The notes below the pieces were generated by a model, which saw only the letters and a list, made by a program, of their open reading frames with translations, did no database searches and had not been told where the DNA came from. DNA of 20,000 bases. Source: Folioceros fuciformis (Eukaryota). The position numbers and the translations under genes were made by a program. This document shows, in pieces, positions 18,910 through 20,000 of the stretch. Positions within the stretch are counted from its first letter, which is position 1, and each line of letters begins with the position of its first letter. Location: NCBI GenBank assembly GCA_049999805.1, contig JBNGIO010005800.1, positions 50,031 through 70,030 on the forward strand, read 5' to 3'.

Positions 18910-20000
18910 TTGAGGGTGGCCCAGCCTAAGAAGAAAAGGAGCTTGCCTAAACTGGGGCTCAAGTCACTCCCGGTGAACGTGTTGTCCATGGTGGATCAAG
19001 GACCTGCTGAATTACAGGCGGAAATTGCGCGGTGTGTAATTCATGGGGTGCCGCTTGACACTGGATCAGGTGTCAAAAGCATGACAGACGAAATGGCCTG
19101 GAGGTTGGGATTAGAGATTGAGCATACCTCCAAAGTTTTGCGGCTAGCTGACATGTTCAAGATGGCACTAGTAGGGGAGCTGACATGAGTACGAACGGTC
19201 ATTGGAACCATTCCCTATCTGATGGATTATGTGTTCATAAAGCAGAAAGCGCTGGAATACAAGGTTCTGATCGGACGAACCTGGATGTACAAGTTGCGAT
19301 GTACCCTCATGTGGGGAAGGAAGGAAATAGGGTTCCACACATGATCAAGTTGGTAAGCTGTTATGGAATAACTGTCGATGGTATAGTTGCTTCAAAGGAG
19401 GAAGGCGAAAGGGAATTCCTAGCCCAAGAGCGTAATTCGAAGGAAGAAGTTACCCGTTTCTCCTCGGAGGATTTGTTTCGAGAATGGGGCTTGAGGAAGG
19501 AGGAACTGCGAGAATCCAAGGAGGGTTTTGGGGTTAGCACAGCACCCGTGGAAAGAGAATGGGTGTAGGCGGAAGAGATTAAGGATGTGGAAGTACTTCC
19601 AGGCAAAGTACTTAAATTTGCTAAGAATATGGACGTAGTGTTACAAGAAGGAACGAAGCAGCCGCTAGTAGAGTTCATAGACATGTTTGCCTTTAATATA
19701 ACGGATATGAAGGGAATACCAAGAGAGTGGGGGTAACACAAGATTGATTTGGAACCATGATCCCTCCCAGTAAGGATTTCACAATACAAGCTAAACCCCA
19801 AGTACTTGCTGAAGGTGAAAGAATAGTTGGAACTGTATGTCAAGGCATCCATGTGATCTATCCCATTGTTAATTCAAAATGGGTAGCTCCAATCATAGTG
19901 GTGCTTAAAAAACAACTCGGGAAGATTCGTGTTTGTCATGATTGGAGGCAATTGAATAAGGCCACTAAAAAGGACCACTTTCCGTTAGCTTTCATTGACA
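18910..20000 (+). pseudogene. pol: pol of A: aspartic protease and N-terminus of reverse transcriptase
   Basis: VPLDTGSGV (Asp codon 19057); DMFAF..DMKGI..HKIDLEP..QYKLNPKY..WVAPIIVVLKK..IRVCHDWRQLNKATKKDHFPLAFID (19679-20000); multiple stops. Confidence 0.92.

Larger units (their letters stand above)
2044..20000 (+). mobile_element. Element A: Ty3/Gypsy LTR retrotransposon, Athila-like non-chromovirus; decayed, interrupted by E and B, and cut by the window end
   Basis: LTR end ...ATATCACA at 6134, then PBS TGGTGCCGTTGCTGGGGA; Retrotrans_gag-like segment; zinc knuckles; protease LDTGSG; Gypsy RT start (WVAPIIVVLKK..GKIRVCHDWRQLNKATKKDHFPLAFID), with RT directly after protease (Gypsy order). 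The left boundary is inferred. Confidence 0.9.

Overview
Eukaryotic, plant-type heterochromatic window made almost entirely of nested, decayed LTR retrotransposons; no host gene, RNA gene or CRISPR array is supportable. Outer element A is an Athila-like Ty3/Gypsy element (+): a ~4.1-kb 5' LTR (~2044-6134), a tRNA-Asp-type PBS, then gag, protease and RT running off the right edge. Its gag is interrupted by a probable minus-strand solo LTR (E, ~6556-7128) and by Copia element B (7807-17337; AGAAA TSD, two short LTRs, Met PBS, PPT, integrase/RT/RNase H deleted). B contains a degenerate minus-strand Copia remnant C (LTR ~15821-16081, Met PBS, gag trace). C contains a ~4.2-kb solo LTR D (9865-14123; TG..CA, ATTGG TSD) related to the LTR of A. 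The main observation is that both giant Gypsy LTRs carry, inside the LTR and downstream of a TATA box, a colinear ~750-800-codon ORF conserved at protein level: an N-terminal domain resembling the Athila ORF1/'putative plant transposon protein' type, then coiled coil, short repeats and an acidic tail. Each LTR also repeats its own family-specific short motif in both coding and non-coding positions. All family assignments are by-eye motif recognition; no searches were run.
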